Assembly: GCA_038998335.1 (NCBI GenBank)
Contig: JAVZHQ010000001.1
Coordinates: forward strand, 672,609-736,608
Length of the DNA stretch: 64,000 nucleotides
DNA from: Candidatus Aenigmatarchaeota archaeon
GTDB lineage: Archaea > Aenigmatarchaeota > Aenigmatarchaeia > CG10238-14 > SCSR01
Direction: 5' to 3'
Of this stretch, positions 27,127 through 35,395 are shown in pieces. Positions within the stretch are counted from its first letter, which is position 1. The number at the start of each line of letters is the position of its first letter. The notes below the pieces were generated by a model. The model made no database searches. It saw only the letters and a program-made list of their open reading frames with translations, and had not been told where the DNA came from. Both the position numbers and the translations under genes were made by a program.

Positions 27127-27678
27127 ATGGCAGACCCTTTCACAACAGTAATTTTAAAGTTGAAAGGAACAGGTTTTTTTGAGTTTATGCTACCTTTCAT
27201 GCTTACCTCTGCAATTTTCTATGGTTTGCTAAGAAAATCACAAATATTTGGAGACCCAGACAAAAACATTGCTGTTAACGCTGTAGTTGCCTTAACAGCA
27301 GGTTTTATGGTTTGGGCTTATCCTATTCTTGCAGGAGTAAGCTTTATGGACAAGCTTCCTGTTTTTTTTGCTCAAGCAATGAGTGCAATGCTTGTTGTTC
27401 TAGTTGGTTTACTAACAACAAGCATGTTTTTGCCTCCTGATTTACCAAGCAAGTTAGAAGCAAAATTGGGAGGTAGAGCTTTTGGTATAATTTTGATAGC
27501 AGGAATTTTGATAGGCGGAGGAATTTTGGTAGCTAGCGGTTTAATAAACGTTTTCTTCCCTGCAGGAGGTTTAGAGATTACAGGACTTTCTGAAGATACT
27601 ATTTTAACAATAGCTATAGTAATTCTCTTTTTCATAACTATTCTTGTGATGGTTTGGGGTGGAGGAGGTAAGAAATAA
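27127..27678 (+). CDS. Membrane protein of local paralog family (tandem copy 2 of 3), 183 aa
   Basis: MADPFTTVILKLKGTGFFEFMLPFMLTSAIFYGLLRKSQIFGDP. Confidence 0.5.
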   Translation: MADPFTTVILKLKGTGFFEFMLPFMLTSAIFYGLLRKSQIFGDPDKNIAVNAVVALTAGFMVWAYPILAGVSFMDKLPVFFAQAMSAMLVVLVGLLTTSMFLPPDLPSKLEAKLGGRAFGIILIAGILIGGGILVASGLINVFFPAGGLEITGLSEDTILTIAIVILFFITILVMVWGGGGKK

Positions 27679-28250
27679 TGGACTATTATGGAATTACAGA
27701 ATTTTTGAAGAACATAGGAGTTTTTGAGTTTTACTTGCCTTTTGTCATACTTTTTGGTTTGCTTTTTGGTTTGCTAGAAAAATCAAAAATAATTCCTGAA
27801 AGAAGGATAAACATAATAATAGCATTAGCCTCTGCCTTTTTCATAATGGCGTATACTCCTGCTGGCATAACTCTAACTCAATTCTTCTCAAACTTTTTCG
27901 CTAACGTTGCAGTTGTAATGGTTACTCTTCTTTCCTTTGTGCTAATGATTTATCTAATAATACCCATAACAGGAAGAAAAGAACCAGAATTTCCTAAAGC
28001 TGCTAAGTACATAGCTTTCTTAATAGCCTTAATAGTAGTTGGAATTTTCTTAACATCAGGTGGCTTATCCATATTTTTACCGCAGCTTGCCGAAACAACA
28101 GTTCCTATTCCTGGCTTAGAAATAGATCCTCAAGACTTAGTCATAATCATCTTGATTGCCATAACAATCTTGGTAATTTACTTTGTAAGTAAGGGTGAAA
28201 AAGAAGAGAAAAAAGAGGGTAAAGTCTTTAAGTTTGTTCAAGAGGATTAG
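27678..28250 (+). CDS. Membrane protein of local paralog family (tandem copy 3 of 3), 190 aa
   Basis: MDYYGITEFLKNIGVFEFYLPFVILFGLLFGLLEKSKIIPERR. Confidence 0.5.
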   Translation: MDYYGITEFLKNIGVFEFYLPFVILFGLLFGLLEKSKIIPERRINIIIALASAFFIMAYTPAGITLTQFFSNFFANVAVVMVTLLSFVLMIYLIIPITGRKEPEFPKAAKYIAFLIALIVVGIFLTSGGLSIFLPQLAETTVPIPGLEIDPQDLVIIILIAITILVIYFVSKGEKEEKKEGKVFKFVQED

Positions 28251-28840
28251 ACAGTTATTCTATTCAATTCACTTTCTAGACTTTCTGCTCTTGCAATTTC
28301 TTTGTTGAACGGTTCTAATTTAGCTTGTTTTTCCTCTTCAAGTTCCTCTTCTAGTTGTGTTTTTATTATTTGATGTGCACCTTTGTAAATCTTAAGCATG
28401 TCTCTTGCAAAAGCTCTTGTTATTCTTGCGTATTTTTTGATTGGCTCTAAAGCAGCTATTAGGTGATCATAACCATTTCTAATATCCTCAACAGTTGTTT
28501 GTTGCTTCTTTCTAATAAGGTTATTCTCATAAACCTGAATAGCTTTCATAAACTCCTTCGAAGCCTCAGCAAATTGTATAGGAGGTTTATAAGGCTGCCT
28601 TACAACTCTTTTTTCTCCTGTTCTAGGATCTTCTATCTCAACCATTTCAGCATATAGGTCAGTAGCACCAAAATGAAGAAGTACTCTTAACCACTTTTCA
28701 TAAGAGTCGAAAATAGAATACTTTTTCCCTGTTTCATCCTTAACTTCATCAGCAAAGTATTGTTTAATATAATGCTTAAGTTGTCCACCAACTTCTATCA
28801 AATCTAGCAAGTTGTAAGTTTCTCCTATTTCTTGTGTCAT
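28247..28840 (-). CDS. Hypothetical soluble protein, 197 aa
   Basis: ORF track only. Confidence 0.4.
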   Translation of the reverse strand: MTQEIGETYNLLDLIEVGGQLKHYIKQYFADEVKDETGKKYSIFDSYEKWLRVLLHFGATDLYAEMVEIEDPRTGEKRVVRQPYKPPIQFAEASKEFMKAIQVYENNLIRKKQQTTVEDIRNGYDHLIAALEPIKKYARITRAFARDMLKIYKGAHQIIKTQLEEELEEEKQAKLEPFNKEIARAESLESELNRITV

Positions 28841-28876
28841 ATTTAATTGTTACCACTAACTAGTATTTAAAGATTT

Positions 28877-29641
28877 CTATTCTTCACTATATAATAGTAA
28901 AAACTCTTTTTCAGTAAAGTGCAAAATCCCTGGAAATATTATGACCGCAGGTATTTCTATATCTTTTTTTATTAAATTCTTTATTTTACCAAAAACAATT
29001 AAAGGCTTTTCGCTTCCTGCTTTCGAAAAAATTATTGCTTCTGATTCTTCAGAAATCACTCCTTCTTTCCTTTTTTTCTCGATTTCAAGTAGAATTTTTA
29101 ACCCTTCTCTTGGTTCCATATACCTTTTTTCCTCTGCCAAAACGTCTAGCAAGCATAAAGTATGTAAACCTCTAGCTTTATTCATTTTTATAACCTCATA
29201 AACAGATTCAGGAAGCTTTCCTTTTGTTCTTTCAAGAAAAGGAATAGTAACATAAGGTCCAAACTTTTGTAAGTGTAAACCAGTTTCTCCTATAGCTGAA
29301 ATTATAGAAGCGTTATGGATGACTTTTGTTTCTATTCCAAGCTTTTTTGCTTCTAGCATTAGAGAAGAATGAGTTGTTTGAACTAAGGCATCGCCTTGAA
29401 CGAACAAAATCACTTTTTGGTTTTTTGCAATTTCGAGAATTCTTTCGGAATTTTCTTCCAAATCTTTTCTTTCCAAAACTTCAATTTTCTTTCCAACAAG
29501 CTTTTCCAAGTTTTCTATGCTTCCATACCATTTGCTGGTATAAAGCTCGATAAAAATTTTGTCTGCACTTTTTGCTTCTTCTATTTCTCTTAAGCTTAAG
29601 TCCTTTTCGTCATACAAACCTAAACCAGCTAGTATTAACAT
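28877..29641 (-). CDS. dphB: Diphthine synthase (EF-2 diphthamide biosynthesis methyltransferase)
   Basis: MLILAGLGLYDEKDLSLREIEEAK...FVQGDALVQTTHSSL..VIHNASIISAIGETGLHLQKFG closely matches archaeal DphB/Dph5 (GLGLYDE, PGDPLVATTH, H.ASI.SA.G.TGL). Confidence 0.9.
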   Translation of the reverse strand: MLILAGLGLYDEKDLSLREIEEAKSADKIFIELYTSKWYGSIENLEKLVGKKIEVLERKDLEENSERILEIAKNQKVILFVQGDALVQTTHSSLMLEAKKLGIETKVIHNASIISAIGETGLHLQKFGPYVTIPFLERTKGKLPESVYEVIKMNKARGLHTLCLLDVLAEEKRYMEPREGLKILLEIEKKRKEGVISEESEAIIFSKAGSEKPLIVFGKIKNLIKKDIEIPAVIIFPGILHFTEKEFLLLYSEE

Positions 29642-30502
29642 CTATACCACAACACAATTTTTAATTAGTTCGTAAGCATTCTTTGCTTTTTCCTCAAGTT
29701 TAATCTTTAAAAAAGCTGCTTTTCCGCCATAAACTTTTGTTGAGGAAATTGTTAAAATTTTTCCTTTATGATTAACTTTTGCTCCCTCAAAAGGAGGTTG
29801 ATGGCTTCTTATCAAAGTTTTAACCTTTAAAATTTCCAGGCATTTTTCTGTTATGTCTTGTCCAAAAAGATAACCAATTCCTCTGTTAAAGTTTGGAATA
29901 AATCCTTGAATCTCGTAAGGATCGTTCCATAAAATTTCTATCAAGTCAGACTTTTCTGGGAAATTTTCCTTTGCTTTTTCTATGTCTTTAAAAGAAGAAA
30001 GGCTTACCGGAAAGCCTGCATGAAGAAAAATATATTTTTCAGGAAGAATTGCTCCTAATTGTAGCTTATCAAAAAGTTTGTAAAGTTTTCTGTAGATGTT
30101 TTCACCTTCTTTTCCATATTTTTCACACAACCTGAAAGGCAGATCATGAGGAGAAAAATCAACATATTGAGGAGCTTCATGATTTCCCCTTAACAAAAAA
30201 ACCCTTTCTGGATATTTTGCTTTCAAACTTAAAACAGTGTAAAAAACTTCTGGAGAATTTTCTCCTCTATCGCCATAATCCCCAAGAAAAAGGAAAAAAT
30301 CTTTTTTTAAATTACTTTTCTTAAGTATAGAGCAAAGACTTTCAAAATCTCCGTGCAAATCACCTATAGCTATCAAACTACCTTTTGAAGGTAAGTAGCA
30401 AAGGCTTTTCTCTTCCAAAACTTCTGAAGCTTTTTCTATAACTTCTATCATTTCTTGAAAAGAAGCTCTTCTAGCTTTTTCGAAAATTTCATCTATTTCC
30501 AT
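29642..30502 (-). CDS. PPP-family Ser/Thr protein phosphatase (metallophosphoesterase)
   Basis: GDLHGDF, GDYGDRGENS, RGNHE signature motifs. Confidence 0.8.
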   Translation of the reverse strand: MEIDEIFEKARRASFQEMIEVIEKASEVLEEKSLCYLPSKGSLIAIGDLHGDFESLCSILKKSNLKKDFFLFLGDYGDRGENSPEVFYTVLSLKAKYPERVFLLRGNHEAPQYVDFSPHDLPFRLCEKYGKEGENIYRKLYKLFDKLQLGAILPEKYIFLHAGFPVSLSSFKDIEKAKENFPEKSDLIEILWNDPYEIQGFIPNFNRGIGYLFGQDITEKCLEILKVKTLIRSHQPPFEGAKVNHKGKILTISSTKVYGGKAAFLKIKLEEKAKNAYELIKNCVVV

Positions 30503-30555
30503 GTTTATAGATTGGAGAAAAAATTAAAATTTGTTATAGCTGGCTAAATATAATT

Positions 30556-31419
30556 ATGGTAATTCCTTTAATAGAAAAGTTAAAAGAAATTTTTAAAGAG
30601 AAATTAACAGAAGAGGAAATGAAGCTTTTACCTTCTAGCTTTGATATAATTGGTTCAAGAGAAAAAGCTGTAGCTATAGTTGAAATTCCTGAAGAGCTTA
30701 AGGATAAACAAGAAATAATAGCAAAAGCTATAATGAAACTTCATAAAAACGTGAAAACTGTTTTGAAAAAGGCTTCTGAAAGGAAAGGCAAGCTAAGGAT
30801 AAGAGAATATGAGTTAATAGCTGGCGAAACTAATACAGAAGTTTTACATAAGGAATATGGATACTTGCTAAAGCTTGACCCTCAAAAAGTTTATTTCTCG
30901 CCAAGAGAGGCTACAGAAAGACAAAGAATTGCAGAACAAGTTAAACCTAGTGAAAATGTTTTAGTTATGTTTAGTGGAGTTTGTCCTTATCCTTTGGCTA
31001 TATTCAAAAAACAACCAAAAGTGAATAAAATTGTTGCTGTTGAAATTAACCCTGATGCACATAAGTATGCAGAAGAAAATGTTAAATTGAACAAAGCTGA
31101 GAAAAAGGTTTTCCCTGTTTTAGGCGACGTAAAAGAAGTTTGTCCAAAATATTACGGAAAATTTGATCGCATAGTAATGCCTTTGCCCTTAGGGGCTGAA
31201 AGTTTTCTTGACATTGCTATTAAATGCTTAAAGTCTCAAGGCGGAATCGTTCATTTTTACAATTGGGGTAGTGAGGATGATTTATACTCAAGAGCTTTAA
31301 GCTTAATAGAGAAACACGCAAGAAAGCTAAGGAAAAAAGTTGAAATTTTGAATAAAAGAAAAGTTCTACCTTATGCTCCAAAAAAGTATAAGGTTTGTAT
31401 AGATTTTAAGGTAGTTTGA
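30556..31419 (+). CDS. trm5: tRNA (m1G37) methyltransferase Trm5 / Taw2-like class I SAM methyltransferase
   Basis: SFDIIGSREKAVAIVEIP, KVYFSPREATER, VLVMFSGVCPYPLAI, VAVEINPDAHKYAEENVKLN pattern typical of Trm5/TYW2. Confidence 0.6.
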   Translation: MVIPLIEKLKEIFKEKLTEEEMKLLPSSFDIIGSREKAVAIVEIPEELKDKQEIIAKAIMKLHKNVKTVLKKASERKGKLRIREYELIAGETNTEVLHKEYGYLLKLDPQKVYFSPREATERQRIAEQVKPSENVLVMFSGVCPYPLAIFKKQPKVNKIVAVEINPDAHKYAEENVKLNKAEKKVFPVLGDVKEVCPKYYGKFDRIVMPLPLGAESFLDIAIKCLKSQGGIVHFYNWGSEDDLYSRALSLIEKHARKLRKKVEILNKRKVLPYAPKKYKVCIDFKVV

Positions 31420-32171
31420 TGGTAGTTTGTGTAATTCATGCAGGTGGAAAAGGAGAAAGACTTTTACCTTTAACTTTAACAACACCAAAACCTTTGATAG
31501 AAATTGGTCTAGAGAAAAAACCTTTGATTTACTGGAGCATGCTTCCTGCCATAAGCTATGGAATAAAAAAGTTTGTTATAACAACGAATTACTTAAGCGA
31601 GAAAATTGAAGAGTATTTTAAGAGAGAAGAATGGAAGGATTTTGAAATAGTAATTTATAGAGAAAAAGAAAAATTAGGAAGTGCAGGAGCAACAAAGTAT
31701 TGCATAGAAGAAGGAATCCTAGACAAAAAAGAAACTGTTCTTATGCAAAATGCTTCTGACATAACAAGAAATTTTATAGCAGAACTTCTTAAATATCACA
31801 AAAAACAGGAAGAAAAAGGTTTCGAGTTAACAATAGTATGCGCTGAAAGATGCGTGATACCTTCCAGCAAAGTAGAATATAATATAAAAACAGGAAAAGC
31901 TTTAAGCTTGAAAAGAAAGCCAATTCATGTTTGGGATAAGGGAAGTGCAAGCCATACAGGAAGTTTTGTTTTTAGCCCAAAAGCTTTAGGAAAGTTTGAG
32001 AACGTTAAAATACCTTCAAACCCTGAGGATAGTGTTGTTCAAGATTTGATAGAAGAAGGGAAAGCTTGTGTTTATGTTACTGATACATGGATACCGATAA
32101 AATATTATTCAGATATAGAAGAAGCAAATAAAATTGATTTAAGAGAATTTATACTTGGAAGGCAGGGGTAG
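31419..32171 (+). CDS. Sugar-phosphate nucleotidyltransferase (NDP-sugar pyrophosphorylase)
   Basis: VIHAGGKGERLLPLTLTTPKPLIEIG N-terminal motif; longest ORF begins TTG at 31416, ATG 31419 gives ATGA overlap with trm5 stop; stop codon lies inside 5' end of tRNA-Leu. Confidence 0.7.
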   Translation: MVVCVIHAGGKGERLLPLTLTTPKPLIEIGLEKKPLIYWSMLPAISYGIKKFVITTNYLSEKIEEYFKREEWKDFEIVIYREKEKLGSAGATKYCIEEGILDKKETVLMQNASDITRNFIAELLKYHKKQEEKGFELTIVCAERCVIPSSKVEYNIKTGKALSLKRKPIHVWDKGSASHTGSFVFSPKALGKFENVKIPSNPEDSVVQDLIEEGKACVYVTDTWIPIKYYSDIEEANKIDLREFILGRQG

Positions 32172-32247
32172 CCAAGTCTGGTCAAAGGCGCAGGCTTCAG
32201 GAGCCTGTGGCTTAGTGCCTTCCTGGGTTCAAATCCCAGCCCCTGCA
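32162..32247 (+). tRNA. tRNA-Leu (anticodon CAG), class II with long variable arm; no encoded CCA
   Basis: Acceptor GCAGGGG/CCCCTGC + discriminator A; D-arm GCC..GGC; anticodon stem CAGGC/GCCTG loop TTCAGGA; 15-nt variable arm; T-arm CTGGG-TTCAAAT-CCCAG. Confidence 0.85.
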
Positions 32248-32316
32248 CTAATTTAATTTAAAAGAGTTAAGATTATGATCATGCACCAAAGATTAAGAAA
32301 GTTTTAAAAAGTAGCT

Positions 32317-32817
32317 CTAGATTAAATCGACCATATAGTCATATTTGTACTCTTCTATGATTGAAGATGTTTCGTAATCCTTAATTATTCCAGGAAACTT
32401 CTTCCTAATTTCACTTATTATTTCATCGAAATGTTTGAGATTTTTAGCAGCGATGTTTATTATGAAATCCCATTTTCCTGTAGTTTTTGCTACATACACT
32501 ATATTTGGGTGTGTAATTAAAAATGAAATAAAGGATTTTTCAAGTTCTTCGGTCAGGTTAGAAAGAGTTATATTAACGAAGGCATACACAGGATAACCTA
32601 AAATTAAGGGATTTAAAACAGTATGAAAAAATCTTATTACTTTAAGTTTTTCCATTCTTCTAATCCTGTATAAGATTGTATCTCTTTGGATACCAGTCTT
32701 TAAGGAAATATCACTAATTGGAAGCCTTGCATTCTTGTCCAATACTTTTAATATTTTTTTATCCTTTTCGTCAAGCTTAACCACTCTACCGGGTTCTGTT
32801 AAGTAATCTTTTTGCAT
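32317..32817 (-). CDS. lrp: Lrp/AsnC-family transcriptional regulator
   Basis: N-terminal HTH LDEKDKKILKVLDKNARLPISDISLKTGIQRDTILYRIRRMEKLKVI and C-terminal RAM-like domain. Confidence 0.85.
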   Translation of the reverse strand: MQKDYLTEPGRVVKLDEKDKKILKVLDKNARLPISDISLKTGIQRDTILYRIRRMEKLKVIRFFHTVLNPLILGYPVYAFVNITLSNLTEELEKSFISFLITHPNIVYVAKTTGKWDFIINIAAKNLKHFDEIISEIRKKFPGIIKDYETSSIIEEYKYDYMVDLI

Positions 32818-32922
32818 ATTTTCTTATTTAAAAAAATAAATTGATAAATATTTCGTTTTATAAGAAAAAATTTTTAGAAAAATTTATTAATTAAAAAAAT
32901 GCTTTTTTAAAAGGCGAATAAC

Positions 32923-33309
32923 ATGAGCAGAAGAAGAGAAAGAATAAGATTATCTTCAGGTGTAGAATGGTATTTAGAAGAAAACAGTACTCGAAGAGAA
33001 AACTGTCTAGCCATTTTAGCACGCAGAACGGAAAACTGTTTGTTTGAATTAACACCAGCTACTATTTGGGAAGAGTTAATGAAGAATAGCAAGTATGCTA
33101 ATGTTTATAATCTCTCAAGCAGACCAATTGAAAATGAAGAAAGCGTAGCCTATATGCTATTTGACCTACCTCCAGAATTTTCTAGGCAGTTGCTTCAAAG
33201 ATATAGAAAAAAAGGATACTTGGAAAGAAAAGATGTAGAAGAAGTATACAATTCTGTTTGTAAATCCCAACACAAAAAAGTCTTCTTTAAAAATTCAGAA
33301 ATCGTTTAG
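32923..33309 (+). CDS. Hypothetical protein 128 aa (Arg-rich N-terminus, internal RRENCLAIL/RRTENCLFEL repeat)
   Basis: ORF track only; weak. Confidence 0.3.
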   Translation: MSRRRERIRLSSGVEWYLEENSTRRENCLAILARRTENCLFELTPATIWEELMKNSKYANVYNLSSRPIENEESVAYMLFDLPPEFSRQLLQRYRKKGYLERKDVEEVYNSVCKSQHKKVFFKNSEIV

Positions 33310-33560
33310 AGTTAGCTTGTTATCTAATACTGGAGCGCTGAAAAGATGAGTTCAGAAACATGTTCATATCTAAATTTATTTAAAAGCTGTAATTTCCTTT
33401 ATTAAATTTAAACTTTATCCGAAAACTTTAAAAGAAAGAAACCAGCACAACTTCCTTAAAAACTTATCGGTTAATTTTATATTCTCGATTTTTTATGCTG
33501 TTAATAATAGATGATTCCTTTGATTTAAAAGGATGAAAAAAATCCTTAGGAGGCGAAAAA

Positions 33561-33620
33561 ATGCCAAAGAAAAAGAAGGAAGAACCAAAACCTGAGGAGC
33601 AAACAACTCCTCCTGCCTAA
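33561..33620 (+). CDS. Possible 19-aa micro-ORF (MPKKKKEEPKPEEQTTPPA) with strong Shine-Dalgarno
   Basis: GGAGG at 33549..33553, 7 nt before ATG; stop codon inside a hairpin followed by T-run. Confidence 0.2.
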   Translation: MPKKKKEEPKPEEQTTPPA

Positions 33621-33657
33621 GTTATAGGCAGCCTTTTTTTCTTTTTTATTTTTTTAA
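33613..33657 (+). terminator. Hairpin (CTGCCT-aagttat-AGGCAG) followed by 24-nt T-rich run; intrinsic-terminator-like
   Basis: Stem 33613..33618 / 33626..33631, T-run 33634..33657. Confidence 0.35.
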
Positions 33658-33672
33658 AACCAATATCATATA

Positions 33673-34857
33673 ATGTTAGACATTTACCAAGCTTCCATGA
33701 TAATTTTTTTTGTTATACTTGCGATTTGGGCATACTTTGACAGGAAGAATATTGAGTTTAAGTATATAATTCTTCTTAGAAAAACCAAGAAAGGGTTAAA
33801 AATTTTGGACAAGATTGCTAGTTTTAAAAGATTCTGGAAGGTTGTTGGAGCAATAGCAATAGTTTCTTGCTTTTTAATGATGGTTGATGGACTAAGAGGT
33901 ATTGTTATAGCATCTTTTATGATAATTTCTGGGCAAATAAAGGAATCCCTAGGAGGTTTAGTTTTACCAGTTCCAAGTGCTACTCCTGTTTTTGGCCCAG
34001 GCTTCATAGGTTTGCCTTTTCTTTTCTGGATAATTATTTTGCCAACAATTTTATTCCCTCACGAGATTGCCCATGGAATAATGTGCAGGCTTGAGAAAAT
34101 TAAGATAAAGTCTATGGGAGTAATATTGCTTCTTGTTTTACCAGGAGCTTTTGTTGAACCTGATGAAGATGAAATAAAAAAATCAAGGCTTATAACCAAG
34201 CTAAGAATATTTAGTGCAGGAAGTTTTGCAAACCTTTTAGTTGCTTGCTTAATTTTTACTCCTTTTTTTGGAATTGGATTACTTCCAAATCTTATCTGGT
34301 CTAATATAGCTACAGGCTACTTAAAAATAACTGAGGTTAATTCAACTTCACCTGCTGGAAGGGCTGGTTTAGAATCAGGAATGATAATAACAGAAATTAA
34401 CGGGAATAAAGTGGAAATAAGTTATCTTGATTTTCTATCAGCTAACTATTTGACAAAATATATCAAAAAAATAAAAGCTGGGGATACGATAAACATTACT
34501 GCCAACGGAAAGTTATACGAAATTCCTGTAGAAGAAATAAAAATAAACAATGTAACAAGACTTTTTATAGGAATTAATAATGAAAATGTTTTGCCTGATC
34601 CAAAATGCGATGAAGCAACTTTTTACTTTGTTTCTAACCTTTTTACCTGGATGTGGATCTTAAATTATGCTGTTGCTGTTTTCAACATTTTACCGGTTTA
34701 TCCTTTGGATGGTGGCTTAATTCTTAAGTCATTAACTGAGAAAATTTCAAAAAAATATTCAGACCAAATCGTAATCTCAATCACAACATTAGTTTCCCTA
34801 CTTGTTTTATTCACGATAATAGGTCCTTACATCATGAGAGTACTTCAGTTTTTCTAA
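33673..34857 (+). CDS. Site-2 protease (M50 family intramembrane metalloprotease) with PDZ domain
   Basis: HEIAHGIM (HExxH) in TM helix, multi-TM, central PDZ-like region, C-terminal LPVYPLDGG (LDG motif). Confidence 0.8.
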   Translation: MLDIYQASMIIFFVILAIWAYFDRKNIEFKYIILLRKTKKGLKILDKIASFKRFWKVVGAIAIVSCFLMMVDGLRGIVIASFMIISGQIKESLGGLVLPVPSATPVFGPGFIGLPFLFWIIILPTILFPHEIAHGIMCRLEKIKIKSMGVILLLVLPGAFVEPDEDEIKKSRLITKLRIFSAGSFANLLVACLIFTPFFGIGLLPNLIWSNIATGYLKITEVNSTSPAGRAGLESGMIITEINGNKVEISYLDFLSANYLTKYIKKIKAGDTINITANGKLYEIPVEEIKINNVTRLFIGINNENVLPDPKCDEATFYFVSNLFTWMWILNYAVAVFNILPVYPLDGGLILKSLTEKISKKYSDQIVISITTLVSLLVLFTIIGPYIMRVLQFF

Positions 34858-35395
34858 CCTCAAAATTCCTTATAGGATAAACTTTTCTTGCTTCCTGCAT
34901 AACTCTGTTTTTTATTGAATTGTCTATGAGCTTTTTAACAAATTCAGAAATCTTTGATTTTTCCACTTCTTCTTTTATTATCTCACTGATCTTCTTTCTC
35001 ATAAACTTTTTTGTCTTGCTGTTTATTTTCCTTGAAACTATGGCTAAACCTTTTACCCTTATTTTAACTCCATCGCTAGTGGTTAAGTCTTGAATTGTAT
35101 CTATCCTCCTTATTTTCCTCAATACAAGCCTTGAAATGTAATCGCGCAAACATTCAGAACCGTCAAAATCGGCAAAAGCCTTTTCTCCTTCAACCCTTTT
35201 TATCTTGAAAGTAAACTTCATATAATATTTTGACAAATCGTTTGTTAGCTCGACTAAATTGATTGTTATTCTTCTCCCTATCAAAGAATTTGGCTCTTCT
35301 GCTAAAGTTTTCCCTATTTCCTTATTTTCTAGGTAATCAGGAGCTATTACTGCAAACCAATGCTTTGCCTTAGCTTTTTTCACCAAGCGCTTCAC
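34832..35395 (-). CDS. rps3ae: 30S ribosomal protein S3Ae (eS1)
   Basis: KHWFAVIAPDYLENKEIGKTLAEEP..GRRITINLVELTND..KFTFKIKRVEG..VRKTEVL matches archaeal S3Ae; GTG start. Confidence 0.85.
   Translation of the reverse strand: MKRLVKKAKAKHWFAVIAPDYLENKEIGKTLAEEPNSLIGRRITINLVELTNDLSKYYMKFTFKIKRVEGEKAFADFDGSECLRDYISRLVLRKIRRIDTIQDLTTSDGVKIRVKGLAIVSRKINSKTKKFMRKKISEIIKEEVEKSKISEFVKKLIDNSIKNRVMQEARKVYPIRNFEVRKTEVLS

Noticed and set aside
21776-32160. Integrated virus or plasmid next to tRNA-Leu (cluster of hypothetical, coiled-coil and membrane proteins ending near a tRNA)
   Set aside because: No integrase or recombinase, no direct repeat of the tRNA 3' end, and housekeeping genes (dphB, PPP phosphatase, trm5) lie between the hypothetical cluster and the tRNA
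32923-33540. Possibility that the weak ORF 32923..33309 and the following 230-nt gap host a structured ncRNA (SRP RNA, RNase P RNA, C/D box sRNA)
   Set aside because: No GC-rich stem islands; no C box (RUGAUGA) / D box (CUGA) pairs at sRNA spacing; only a 6-bp hairpin near the SD. Cannot exclude without covariance-model search (Infernal/Rfam)
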